In this document: positions 24,901-36,900 of the stretch, piece after piece
How the letters are laid out: the number at the start of each line of letters is the position of its first letter
How positions within the stretch are numbered: position 1 is the stretch's first letter
Origin: Azolla caroliniana
Lineage: Eukaryota > Plantae > Polypodiophyta
Length of the DNA: 64,000 nt
Reading direction: 5' to 3'
NCBI GenBank assembly: GCA_043228905.1
Contig: JBHGNT010000013.1
Coordinates: 806,001 to 870,000, forward strand
Position numbers and translations under genes: made by a program
The notes under the pieces: generated by a model
The model's input: only the letters and a program-made list of their open reading frames with translations
Told to the model about the DNA's origin: nothing
Databases searched by the model: none

Positions 24901-26493
24901 ACTAAGAAGAGAAATGATGTGTCTTTAGAAATAGAGCCCAGTAAGAAGAGAAATGCTGCAAGAATGTTGTATGGAAACGGCAAGAAAAGGAAAGTTGAAT
25001 GCAATGGTGAGTCATATAAGTTCTCACCTGTCAGGAGCGTTGTCAACCTAATCCATTGTCTAATACCATGTACTTGTGTTGCTAGCTGATGACGAAATGA
25101 TATTTGGTGACGGAGATACGAGTTCAAAACCTGATCGTGAAGACGAATTTATCACACTCCCAGGTAAACGTCAAAAGCCAGACTTTGAAAACAATGATTT
25201 AGCTCATAACAACCCTATTATATTGTTGCTTTTGGTGCATTCTATAGATCATAGCAACACTGTTGAGCACCTAGATGTTGTGGAGAAGATGACCGAGCCC
25301 ACCACTTGCAATGGGGTATCTACGGCTGTACAGTATGACCATGTAACATTAGGTAAAAATGTGGCCCAAAACCCTATGTTCATTGTTTGCAAACTTTTGA
25401 GTATGTGAGTTGATACTAATATTGTTTGGAATCCCATTAATTAGGTTTACAAGAGCAGCCTGAATCGGGAACTTCATGGAGCACAAGTGCAGAGTCAGAT
25501 TCTGGGATTAACCTTTCCACGGAGGCAGATTCTGGAAGCACATCTTCCACACATGAGGATTGTGAGAAAAACGAAGCATTCATATGTGAAGAGCAGCTGG
25601 CATGTCCAAACAACAGTATGTCTAAAGAAGCCCATGAGGAGTGTGGAAAGAATATGGCAAGTACTGAAGAGAAGATTGAAGCCCATGAAGAGTCTGGAAA
25701 GAATATGGCAAGTACTGAAGAGAAGATTGAAGCCTATGAAGACTCTGGAAAGAATATGGCAAGTACTGAAGAGAAGATTGAAGCTCATGAAGAGTGTGGA
25801 AAGAATATGGCAAGTACTGAAGAGAAGACTGAAGCCCATGAAGAGTGTGGAAAGAATATGGCAAGTACTGAAGAGCAGACTGATTGTACTGATAATGTGT
25901 TAGTAGTGTCTACTGATAATGTGCTAGTACTGTCTAAAGATTCTGATGAGGAGTATGGAAAGAACATTGCTAGTAATGAAGAGGAGCTTGATTGTACTGA
26001 GAATGCCCAAATGGATCGTGGAAAGAACATCGCTTTCCCTGAAGATAAGCCTGATTGTACAGAATCACATGAGGAGCCTGATTGTACAGATAAGCCTGAT
26101 TGTACACGTAGTCTTAAGAATGAGTTGACAGCCACCGTACAAGAGGAGTTGACCATGACTACTGCCATAGTCCACATACAGGAGTCTAATAAGAACGAGT
26201 GTACAGGCATCATTGATGATGATAGGGGAATAAAGATGAGTGATAATTTGACTATCGACAGCACCTTTGTGGATTTGTGTACAAGCATTGCAGTTGCAGA
26301 AAACACAGTTGCTCTCTCAAGCTTGCCACCAGTACAAGGTGCCCGCGCATCCACGCCTATCTCTGATGCCTCTGATGATGAAGTGCCACTTAGTCAGCTC
26401 ATACCTAAAGGCTTTAAGATAAAGAAGAATGTAAAATCTGGCACCAACAACAAGCGCATTACAAGATCGGCCAAGTTACCCTCTAGTGCCTGA
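21992..26493 (+). CDS. Sola accessory protein, ~922 aa, 6 coding exons: plant-transposon/PMD-like domain, coiled coil, RING-H2, acidic repeats
   Basis: Predicted exons 21992-23016, 23107-23291, 24680-25006, 25086-25163, 25248-25352, 25445-26493. All introns are GT-AG and phase-compatible; total 2769 nt with no internal stop. RING-H2: CIFC-x15-CLHTYHVLC-x10-CMDC. Confidence 0.75.
23700..24605 (+). repeat. Intronic degenerate tandem array rich in TTAGTACT / GAGTAGTACATTG
   Basis: Repeated units such as AACTAAGTGAGTAGTACATTGTTCATGATTAGTACTA fill intron 2 of the accessory gene. Confidence 0.9.
25627..25880 (+). repeat. 57-bp coding tandem repeat (EAHEE[CS]GKNMASTEEKI, 4-5 copies)
   Basis: Visible directly in the DNA and in ORF 25618-26493. 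Confidence 0.95.
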
Positions 26494-27413
26494 TTTTCTT
26501 CCGATTGTACTTGAACTTTAGCTGTTAGTGATGTCTGAAATACCTCTATTTGGATACCAAAATACTGTTTCAATTGCCAATGTCAAAATTCCACTTCTGT
26601 ATTTTGTAGAAACAATGGGAATATACTTTTTGATCTAAGTATTCCTCTTTTTACAACGTTTTGTTTCTTTTTTGAGATCATCTCCTGATGAGTTGCCAAG
26701 TCTTTGAGTCTGTTGTAGATAAAATGCTTGAAATTCTTCTTAGCTTGCTAGGAAAATTTAGGTTTTCAGGTGTTAATGATGATAAACAGAAAATATCGGG
26801 TGTTATTGAAGTATAGACTGTTTCATCAATCCCATTTGGAGGGTAACCAGAATTTGTGCAAATTGTTGAAGCAATGTGGGCCATATTTTGATGATATCAT
26901 CCCAATGGATGAACTATCCACTAACAGTAGTAAGGAAACACTCCCCTTTTTGAGCTATCACAAATTATTGTTTCAGGAGTTGGATTATTTTGTTAAGGAA
27001 TTTGAGGCTTCATTGCACATTTGCTTCTTGAAGAATGAACTTACAGTATAAAATCTTACAATATTAAAGTCATAATTTGAATTCAACTTACAGATTTATG
27101 TGCCTACAGAGGACACACCAACGACAATGAATCTAGACTTTATCAAGAAGATATACAATATTTTTACTCATTTTACCATGGCTCTGCAAAACTTCTATGC
27201 TCAAATAACATCAGGAAACATGAGCAATATCGGCAATGAAGAAATCCAAGTCTTGTTGACAACAACTAATATATTATGAAAGATAAGTACAAGTGGTTGA
27301 CAGGCATAAACACTTTAGAAGAAAGATGAAATATATCAATTCATTTGTCAATCATCAAAATTAATAGTGAACTCCAAGTATTGAGAGGGTACAATGTATT
27401 GAGAGGGTGACTT

Positions 27414-30400
27414 TCAAGCATTAAATAGAGAGACCTCCCCTAATATGTGCTCATGAACCTCTTGGGGGACCTTGTAGACAGTGTTGTATCCCTTAACCTT
27501 GTGCTTTGCTTGAGTCATATTGAATTTGATCGCAAGAATGGCATCAGCGTAGATTATTGCGATGGGTGCTTCTTTTAGTAATGCATATGTGTTCTTGCAC
27601 TGCGGCAACTTTGCATAATAGTTTCCATACACGACAGACTCACCAATGTTGAAATTGTTGCCCCAGCCATCCCTCACCACTTCTTTCAATAATGTCTTTC
27701 CTTGCTTGCACACCACAATGTAGTAGTCTTCTAAATCTTCATTCTGAGGAGATTTGAGCACTGCAAAATGATCTCCAACTTCCAATAAAACTGCCAAGTC
27801 TTGATTTTGGTTGTAGTATACAATATCGTTTGAATGCACATCATCTTCAATATCATCTTGTCGTTCAGGCTCAAGCTTCTGCAACTTCCAGGGCTCCACG
27901 ATTGATAGGTTGATGCATTTATCCCAAGCTTCATCTATACACATGGAACAAAAGCATGATAAACTACGTAGTAACAATTGTGTTGTGTCCTTGCGGCTAA
28001 ACCCTAACACACAATGGGTGCTGCGTGTGCCTTTCACGGTTTTACAACCATATGATTTAGTTCTATCGACCTCATCAGCGCGAACTTCAACAAACAATCT
28101 GTTCTTACCATCATTTGACATCTTCCATGTTAGCCACTGCACAACATCATGTGCATTTTGTAGCTTAGCACCATTATTATCCAACTGCTCACTTGTAAGG
28201 GCACGTTTGATCACAGCCCCCGCGCCATCATGCTCTCCTTTTCCATGTCCAGACCCGAAGTAATTCCATTGCATACGAATGTTGAATAAGGAGAAATACC
28301 TGCTTTTGTAACTCAGGTTTCCAACAAAATTAGTACTATGTTGTCAATAGAGAGTACTACACTTCCATTAATACTGGCATCCATTTAATACTAACTTAGT
28401 ATGGATATAACTTAGTACTAACTTAGTCTGGTTTATACTATGAGTACAAGATGAGTACTTTACATCCCCTTGTATAGTACAATGTGTCTATGGAGAACCC
28501 TTCACATGGATTAAAACATAATTAGTACAATTCTCTTAAGGACGGACAATACTATAAGTACAAGATGAGTACTTTACATCCTTTTGTAAACACAACATAG
28601 TACAGAAGCAACACACAACATAGTACAATGTGTCTATGGAGAACCCTTCACATTGATTAGTCGATACTTAGTACAATTCTTAGTACTAACTTAGTCTGGT
28701 TTATACTATGAGTACAAGATGAGTACTTAACATCCTCTTGTATAGTACAATGTGTCTATGGAGAACCCTTCACATGGATTAAAACATAATTAGTACAATT
28801 CTCTTAAGGACGGACAATACTATAAGTACAAGATGAGTACTTTACATCCTTTTGTAAACACAACATAGTACAGAACCAACACACAACATACTACAATGTG
28901 TCTATGGAGAACCCTTCACATTGATTAATCGATACTTAGTATGGATATAACTTAGTACTAACTTAGTATGGTTTATACTATGAGTAGAAGATGAGTACTT
29001 TACATCCTCTTGTATAGTACAATGTGTCTATGGAGAACCCTTCACATGGATTAAAACATACTTAGTACAATGCTCTTAAGGACGGACAATACTATGAGTA
29101 CAAGATGAGTACTTTACATCCTCCTGTAAACACAACATAGTACAGATACAACACACAACATAGTACAATGTGTCTATGGAGAACCCTTCACATGGATTAA
29201 AACATACTTAGTACAATGCTCTTAAGGACGGACAATACTATGAGTACAAGATGAGTACTTTACATCCTCCTGTAAACACAACATAGTACAGATACAACAC
29301 ACAACATAGTACAATGTGTCTATGGAGAACCCTTCACATGGATTAAAACATACTTAGTACAATGCTCTTAAGGACGGACAATACTATGAGTACAAGATGA
29401 GTACTTTACATCCTCCTGTAAACACAACATAGTACAGATACAACACACAACATAGTACAATGTGTCTATGGAGAACCCTTCACATGGATTAAAACATAGT
29501 ACAAACAAAATTAGTATGCATGCATCCATTCACAAGTGCAAGATTCGAATAGTTACAAACATAATTAGTATGCATCCATGTGAATAGTACTGTTTGTTAA
29601 TAATTACAAACATAATTAGTATGCATGCACTAACACAAGAATTACTTCCTTACACATTGCATGGTAAGTACTAAACATATGGATTAAAAATTACCTGGCG
29701 ATAAAGTAGAACGATCGTGCCGCCTTAAACTGCGAGGCAGCACCATCAGACCAAACCCAATGACGGTTAAAGGTTACCCCTAGAGAAAATAAATCTGCAT
29801 GGTGAAGCTTAAAACAATGTTGAACAAATAGTGTATCATGCTTTTTATCATCTGAAATGTAAAATATTGATTTCTTATGTAACTCACCGTCTTGCCTCCA
29901 ATAGCAAATATGCACAAGTATTGTACATTGATCATTGTACCAATGCATTGATTGAACCTCATTCTGAACTTTAAATGTATAGTTTTCTGCAAAGTCAATA
30001 ACAGATACGATGACACCCGTTGGTAAGTTATTAATACATTCCTTGAATTGTGAATTTTGCCAATAACTCCGGAAGTTATGTGGAATGAACTCCCCAAGTT
30101 GTTTCTTAAATTCTGAGACAAGGGTAGCAGCACATGTCTCCTTATATACTTCCTTGATACGCTTAGTTACAACTCCCTTGCCAATATTTTCAGTCACATA
30201 CTCTAAATATTTCCATTTCACGATATGACTGTTTCCCAAATCAAGCTCCTGCATACAAAATAATGGTAGCGGACAAACCTTACATGTTCTTAATAGACAT
30301 GTACGACGATGCCACTCACATGATGGTTCTTTTTCACAAACACAAGACCTCCATAGCTCAGAAACAGATGCATAAGTCATGTTTCGTGCATTACACCTAT

Positions 30401-31342
30401 TATCCTCCCCATTTGGTCTACATATCTCACAAGTGCAGACACATAATTCCCCGTGTATACCCTTACAATCAGTACGCATTGCATTCACGGCTAGCCTTAA
30501 CATGTCCATCTTCACATGGTACACACAACAACATGTATTCCTCTCATTTAATTTTCTAACATAAAATGGTTTCAAACCTTGGAACTTGCGGAATCCAACA
30601 GTCAAGCTTGGATGTTGATCTTTAAAGTTCATGTACAATTCAGCCTACATCAACCAATATATATAGCAAACATTAATATACAGTTGGTCAAAACACAAAG
30701 TTATGGAATGTGAAATGATATAAAAAAATGGAATACCTCTGTCATCTCCAAGAAGTGTCTAGGGTGAATCTGGTACTTACCCTGACTTATTCGTTGTCTA
30801 CACACGTCCTTCTTATTTGGTGAGACACGCGTATTTTTGGCCCAAAATGAATCCACTTTCTCAATAATCTCTTGAGATAAGGCATCACATCGTCGTCTAC
30901 GTCCCAACCCCATCCACTTGAATTTGTTTGAGTGTATATTTTGGCGATGTTTCCTCAAGTTCCTTCTTTGAATACCCAGGGCTAAGGCAACTTTAGTATC
31001 ACTATATTTTTTTCCTCTCGCACCGTTCACAACCATGTGTAGGGCTGCCCTCTTTGCAGCAAGTTTGTCTAAGCTCTCTACACCTTTCACTAAGTCTAGG
31101 GATGACTTCATAGACTCTACAATCTCTTCTGAAACACATTGGTCCCTAAATTTTATTCTCTCCATGTCTTCATTCAAACTTTGATGGTGTAACACTCTAC
31201 AGATAATATCCCTACGATCCTCTTCACTAAATCTCTTTGTTATTTCTACCAAATAACGGACTATGTGAAGAACCACTCGTCTCTTAGTCCTTTCAGATAT
31301 GCATGAGTTACTTGACAACTCACTCTCGTTAGGAACCCCCAT
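27414..31342 (-). CDS. Sola2-type DDD transposase, ~813 aa, 3 coding exons
   Basis: Exons 31342-30737, 30644-29695 and 28299-27414 (GT-AG, 2442 nt, open). Motifs: ELY..FK..HP...GFRKF..LKPFYV, TCCCVYH, DFAENY..QNEVQSMHW, SDDKKHD, WSDGAASQFK, YFGSGHGKGEHDGAG, C-terminal SCFC..C. Confidence 0.9.
28390..29500. repeat. Tandem array filling transposase intron 2 (146-bp units plus higher-order variants)
   Basis: GGACAATACTATGAGTACAAG recurs at 29084, 29230 and 29376 (period 146), with related shorter and longer units upstream. AGTAC-rich. Confidence 0.95.
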
Positions 31343-31421
31343 TCGGTCACTAGATTTATCCGCAAAAATTAAGTGGCTTGCAAAAGTAGTTAATGTTATA
31401 TAGACTCAACCAAGAAAACAC

Positions 31422-31985
31422 AATCAAATGTTTTTAAATGTGGCCTGCAAAGTGAAAGATATTTCGTTTCAAACATTAGAATTACATATCAAATATGACA
31501 ATTGTCAGTTCTAAAATTTTTGTACTGAAATATGAAGAAATGTAACATTTTAGTACTGAAAATAAAAAAAACGGTTTGGTGAAAGGAACCTCCAATGGTG
31601 GACGGAGCGTTGGATATGCCGCCTCGATTTGGTGGAAAAAGCCACAAATCACCACGACACCAAATCAAATGTTTTTAAATGTGGCCTGCAAAGTGAAAGA
31701 TATTTCGTTTCAAACATTAGAATTACATATCAAATATGACAATTGTCAGTTCTAAAATTTTTGTACTGAAATATGAAGAAATGTAACATTTTAGTACTGA
31801 AAATAAAAAAAACGGATGGAAGGAACCTCGAATGGATGGAGGGGGCGTTGGATATGCCGCCTCGATTTGGTGGAAGGAACCTCCAATGGTGGACGGAGCG
31901 TTGGATATGCCGCCTCGATTTGGCGGAAGGAACCTCCAATGCCGCCTCGATTTGGTGGAAAAAGCCACAAATCACCACGACACCA
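31422..31985. repeat. 241-bp tandem duplication upstream of the transposase ATG, with internal sub-repeats
   Basis: AATCAAATGTTTTTAAATGTGGCC at 31422 and 31663; ATGCCGCCTCGATTTGG repeated four times. Confidence 0.9.
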
Positions 31986-33199
31986 ACTTCAATGGATGGA
32001 TGTAAGAAAGTCGTTGTCGAAGAAGTCACTATTGGCTGCTACCAACAGTCTCTGTACCTCGACCTAAACCCTAACAAAAACAGAAACCCTAAAAAAATCA
32101 GAAATCCTCAACTTAAACGCTCAAAACAGACATGGATGTCTGAGATTTAGATTGGAGGAAATCAGAAACTGAACATGGATCTGTGATGAAAAGCTCAGAG
32201 GGATAGAGGAAGAGGAGTATGAGGGGAACCGCCAAAACGACGTGAGGGGAAGCGCCAAAATCGACGTGAGGGGAAAATAGCCCCCAAAATGGAATGAACA
32301 TCTCCTCACCTGTTCCCCCCACTCCTTCTACAATAAATGACACTTGTACTACAGTCACCCCACTCTCCAAAATCGATTTTCTTTTTCTCTGATTTTTTTT
32401 TTTTGAATTATTCATACTAACAGTACTAAAAGTACTGACAATTTTTGTGGCCAAAAACAGTACTTTTCTGGTACACCGTAGCGTGCTTCTACCCATAGAC
32501 AAACATGAAAAGAGAGGGAAAACAGGAAAAAGAGGGGGGGGGGGGAAGAGGGATTCGAGAGTGGGGCCGGAGGGGGAAACAAACAAGGAAAAACACAACG
32601 AAAGAGGGGGAAATAGGGAAAATTGTTTTTTTTAACATTTAAAAAAAAAAAATGCATAAATGGCCGGTTACAAAAATATTAACCGGCTAGATTCCGGTTT
32701 TGGGGAAATTCTAGCCGGAATCAGTTCCGGCTCCCCCCCACCTTGACCGGCAAATGTCCCAACCCAACCGGAACGCTGACACTATTCCTGGGACTTTGCC
32801 CAACACTGGTCCCCCCCCCCCCCCCCCCTCATGACAATAGTCTTCCCCTCTTATACTAAATGGATGCTTTTACATGTGGGCCATGTGGCACCCCCAAGAG
32901 AAGCTTGTGCATGTGTGTTATAAAAAAGCATGTGGGCCATGTGGCACACATGTAGAGAAGCTTTGCATGTGCATTATATGGTGCACATGCAATACATTAC
33001 ATGGTTTCGACTATACCATATTTGTTCCACTAAAATAATGCGTATAAATCCCTAATAACAATAATACTAAAGAAACTTGAGTCTAGAATGTAAATCAACT
33101 CCAATGAGTTGAATCAGGTGGATCTCCAAGGAGTGTTGGGTCATCGAACCAAGTGTGGAATCTCGGTGGCACCATTCGTTCGTATCCCTTTACGACATC

Positions 33200-33928
33200 G
33201 GCTTGGGCAGGACCACGGGGGTCTTGGACTAGGGAGTAAAAGAGGGGGAATGGGAGCTTAACCCTTAGAGCTTCCGAGCACAAAAGGGGAAGAACAATGT
33301 GTGAAGATTAACAAGATAAAGAGCTAGACTGAGACAAGGTTCATCAAGTTAATTCCATTATAGGGCATGTAAGCCACAATATGATTTACAACTATGGCCA
33401 TATAGGCAAGACTCAAGCACAACTAGAAGAAAACCTAACTGGATAGAAAGAAGAACTAAACCCTAATCAAGAGAAAGGAAAATGATAGAAAGGGGGACCT
33501 AGAACCGAAACCCTAAAACGAAATAGGGATAAGATGAAGAAGAAGAAAAACTCTAATGATCTACCTAAGATGACAAAATGGCGACCCTCTCAATGGTGCC
33601 TCCTCACCCCCTTTTATAGTGGAAAAAGGTGAGACTTATTACAAAGGAGAGGCCAAATATTCCTCTCTTTTCGAAGAAGAATATTTGCCTTGATTTTAAG
33701 AGGAGATATTGATGGGGCCTTAATTCTCTCTCCTCTCATCATACACACACACACACACACACACACAACACCATGCCCACTACTCATTACACCCTTACTT
33801 CTATGCACTCTCTTTTCCTACATGTGCATGTGCACCTAAGTGCACATCACATTTATACTTTACGAACTTTGTGGTATACTTTTAGCACCTATTTACAAAT
33901 GTTTCTAGTGCATGTGGAATGTTGCACA
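33200..33928 (-). mobile_element. LTR remnant related to the solo LTR at 62186-62645
   Basis: Shares GACCAC.GGGGTCTTGGACTAGGGAGT and CCCTAAAACGAAAT with that LTR; minus-strand start TGTGCAACAT. Confidence 0.65.
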
Positions 33929-33989
33929 TCCCTGTTTTATTCGTCGACGTTCAACCTATTGTGTCTGTCGGTTATAGCAGTCGATTGTG

Positions 33990-36900
33990 GACAGGTCAAC
34001 ACTTGGGAAGTCATGCATATGAAGGCAGCAACATACATAAGATGTTTTATAGACATGATTCTATACAACAACTTGAATGAGGAGAACAAGGCGGATGTCC
34101 TTTGGGAGAAGATCGGCATTATGTTCGAGAACAAGAATGCTGTCAACAGAGTCGGGTATCAAGATGGCTCCAACATGGTGGAGCACCTGAATGCGTTCCA
34201 AGGACTAATAAACCAAACCACCTCTAGCCGAAGAGGTACTAGCATTATTATTGTTGCCCGATCTCTTCCGGACAGTTGGGAGACACTAGTTGTCACATTG
34301 TACAATGCCAGACCGGAAGGGAAACACTTATCCCTGGAGAACGTGAAGTTGAGCTTGCTGAATGAAGAAGCTTGTCGGAAGGAGAGAGAGGTAGTTTCCG
34401 ACCCAAAGGCCTTAGTCACGGAAGGTGACACAAATCGGGGATGAGGTCAGAATAGAAATCCCCAAAACTGGGAAAAGTCGGGGACGAGGTCGAAGTCAAA
34501 GGGAAGGCCCCATGCTTCTATTGTGGGAAGCCGAGGCATTTCCAAAAGATTGGCCAACACTTCCTAAAGGAGAAAGGAGGAGTTGTCGATGCAGATCCAA
34601 AGAAAAATCTGGATCGGAAAGGCACGTCAGCAATCACGACAAGTGAAGAGGATATGATGCTCATCAATGAGCAAAGAGAACTAAATCTTGTCGAAGATGA
34701 ATCGGCATGGGTGGTCGATTCAAGTGCGTTGTTTCACCTAGCCCCCTACCGAAAGTGCTTCTCACCATACAAGGCCGGAGACCACGGTCTTGTAAAGATG
34801 GGAAATGAAGGATCATGCCGAATTGTTGGCACAAGAGATGTGTGTCTCGTGACATCGACTAGGTGTCGACTAGTGTTGAAGGATGTCTGACACGTTCCGA
34901 AAGTTCGACTGAATCTTATATCAATTGGTCGGCTAGACTACGAAGGCTACACAGGTAGCATCCGGAACAACGTCATGAAGTTCAGCAAATGGATCCTGAT
35001 TGTGGTTCGAGCCCGAAAAACCAACACATTGTATCTAATGCATGTCTGACTATGCCAGGAAGAAGTGAATGTGGCAGCCGACACAATCGACGAGCTGTGG
35101 CACATGAGGTTGTGTTAGATGAGCAAGATGGGATGCAGAGACTTGTCAATGATAATCTCATTTTGGAGGTGAAGAACGTGCAACTTGAGAAGTGCAATGA
35201 TTGCTTGGCGGGCAATCAGAATAGAACCACCTTCCGAACTAGGCCCCTGACAAGGAAGAGAATGCCGTTGGAACTAGTGCATACTGACATATGCTACGTA
35301 GACACTAAGTCACATGCTAGTTCACAATATTTTGTGACCTTCATTTATGACTGTAGTCGGAAGTTGTGGGCTTCCGCATTGAAGACCAAGGACCAGGTGC
35401 TATCGGTCTTCAAGGAGTTCCAAGCGAGAGTCGAAAGAGAGACCGACCAACAACTGAAAGCGGTTCGAACGGATAATGCAAGAGAGTACTGAGGACAGTT
35501 CGAAGAGTACTGTCGGTCAAAGGGAATCTAACTCAAGTACATCGTGCCGAAGACGCTAGAACTCAAGGGGTTGGCCTGACCATCATGGAGAGAGTCTGAA
35601 GTATGTTAGCACATGCCAAGTTGCCCAAGACGTTTTGGGTTGAGGCGTTGATGACAATAGTGTATGTGATCAATAGATCACCCTTGGGCCTCAACACCAT
35701 TGGACAGAGATGTTCCACAAAGGGTGTGGACCGGCAAAAACATGTCATACCAACACTTGAAGGTGTTCGGTTGTCTTTCCTACGTGCATGTGGCTAAGGA
35801 TCAAAGGGGAAAATTAGACCCGAAATCTCGACCATGCATATTTCTCGACTATGGCGATGATGAATTCAGTTACCAACTATGGGACTTAGTCAACAAGAAG
35901 GTCATTCGGAGCCGAGATATAGTCTTCATGGAGGAGAAGACTATTGTCAACTGGGAGAAGGAGTTGAACATATCCTCCCGAATAGTCGAAAGTCAAAAGT
36001 TGACTGAAGAACCTCGAGAGCTGATTGAATTTAGACAAGGAGTCGGGTTAGTCAGAGACCAGTCTGGAGTTGGACGAGAGAGAAGAGCCCCCCAAAGATT
36101 TTCGGAAAAAGAATATGTGTTGTTGACCGACGAGGGGGTGCTAGAGAACTTCGTTGAAGCAAAGAACGACACCCACAACTGTAAGTGGTTACGAGCCATG
36201 CAAGAGGAGATGGATTCCTTGCATGAGAACCACACATATGAATTGACCGAGTTGCTGAAAGGAAAGAAGGCACTCTGGAACAAGTGGGTATACAAGTTGA
36301 AACCGGGAGATGGAAGAAATCCAGCCAGATACAAAGCACGAATTGTCATAAAAGCTTTCAACAGAAGAAGGGTGTCAATTTCGACGAAATATTTGCCCTA
36401 GTAGTGAAGATGACATCCATCCAAACGGTGTTGAGCATAGCGGCAAGCCTGGACCTAGAAGTCAAATAGTTGGATGTTAAGATGACATTTCTACATCGCG
36501 ACCTTCAAGAGGAGATCTACATGCAGCAACCGGAAGGATTCGTCAAGAATGGAAAGGAGCACCTAGTATGCCGGTTGAAGAAGAGTCTGTACGGACTGAA
36601 GCAAGCTCCCCGACAGTGGTACCGGAAGTTCGAATCCTTCATGGCCGACCAAGGATACCACAAGGCGCAGGCCGACCATTGCGTGTTTGTGAAGAATTTC
36701 AATAGAGGAGATTTCCTCATACTCCTGTTGTACGTGGACAACATGTTGATTGTCGAACGGAACCATATCAAGATAGCAATGCTGAAGAAGGCCCTGAGCA
36801 TGTCATTCTCGATGAAGGATATGGGTTTGAGAAGACAGATCTTGGGAATGCAGATAGTCTGAGGCAGAACAAAGAAGTTGGTGTGGCTCTAGAGGTTCAA

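Larger units (their letters stand above)
20373..32494. mobile_element. Sola-superfamily (Sola2-type) DNA transposon, 12.1 kb, two convergent genes
   Basis: 26-bp TIR GGGT(C/A)GAAGCA(T/C)GCTACGGTGTACCA (20373-20398, 32469-32494; 2 mismatches), 4-bp TSD ATAG (20369-20372, 32495-32498), GRG terminus and a Sola-type transposase inside. Confidence 0.9.
18836..32808. mobile_element. Non-autonomous hAT-like TIR element (~1.85 kb when empty) hosting the Sola element
   Basis: Perfect 14-bp TIR CAGTGTTGGGCAAA (18836-18849, 32795-32808), 8-bp TSD GTCCCCCC (18828-18835, 32809-32816) and subterminal ACCGG/CCGG motifs at both ends. No transposase of its own. Confidence 0.85.

Noticed and set aside
25086-25097. 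CTGATGACGAAA, similar to a hammerhead ribozyme core
   Set aside because: No stem II or flanking stems; it is the coding start of an exon (A-D-D-E).
26678-27300. A third gene between the two Sola genes
   Set aside because: Only short ORFs with no recognisable motif; more likely convergent 3' UTRs.
28390-29500. CRISPR-like regularly spaced repeats
   Set aside because: Units repeat in full with no unique spacers, there are no cas genes, and the array lies in a eukaryotic intron.
18836-32808. A single 14-kb element pairing the Sola transposase with an 8-bp TSD
   Set aside because: An inner TIR pair with a 4-bp TSD fits Sola, so the outer TIRs belong to a separate host element.
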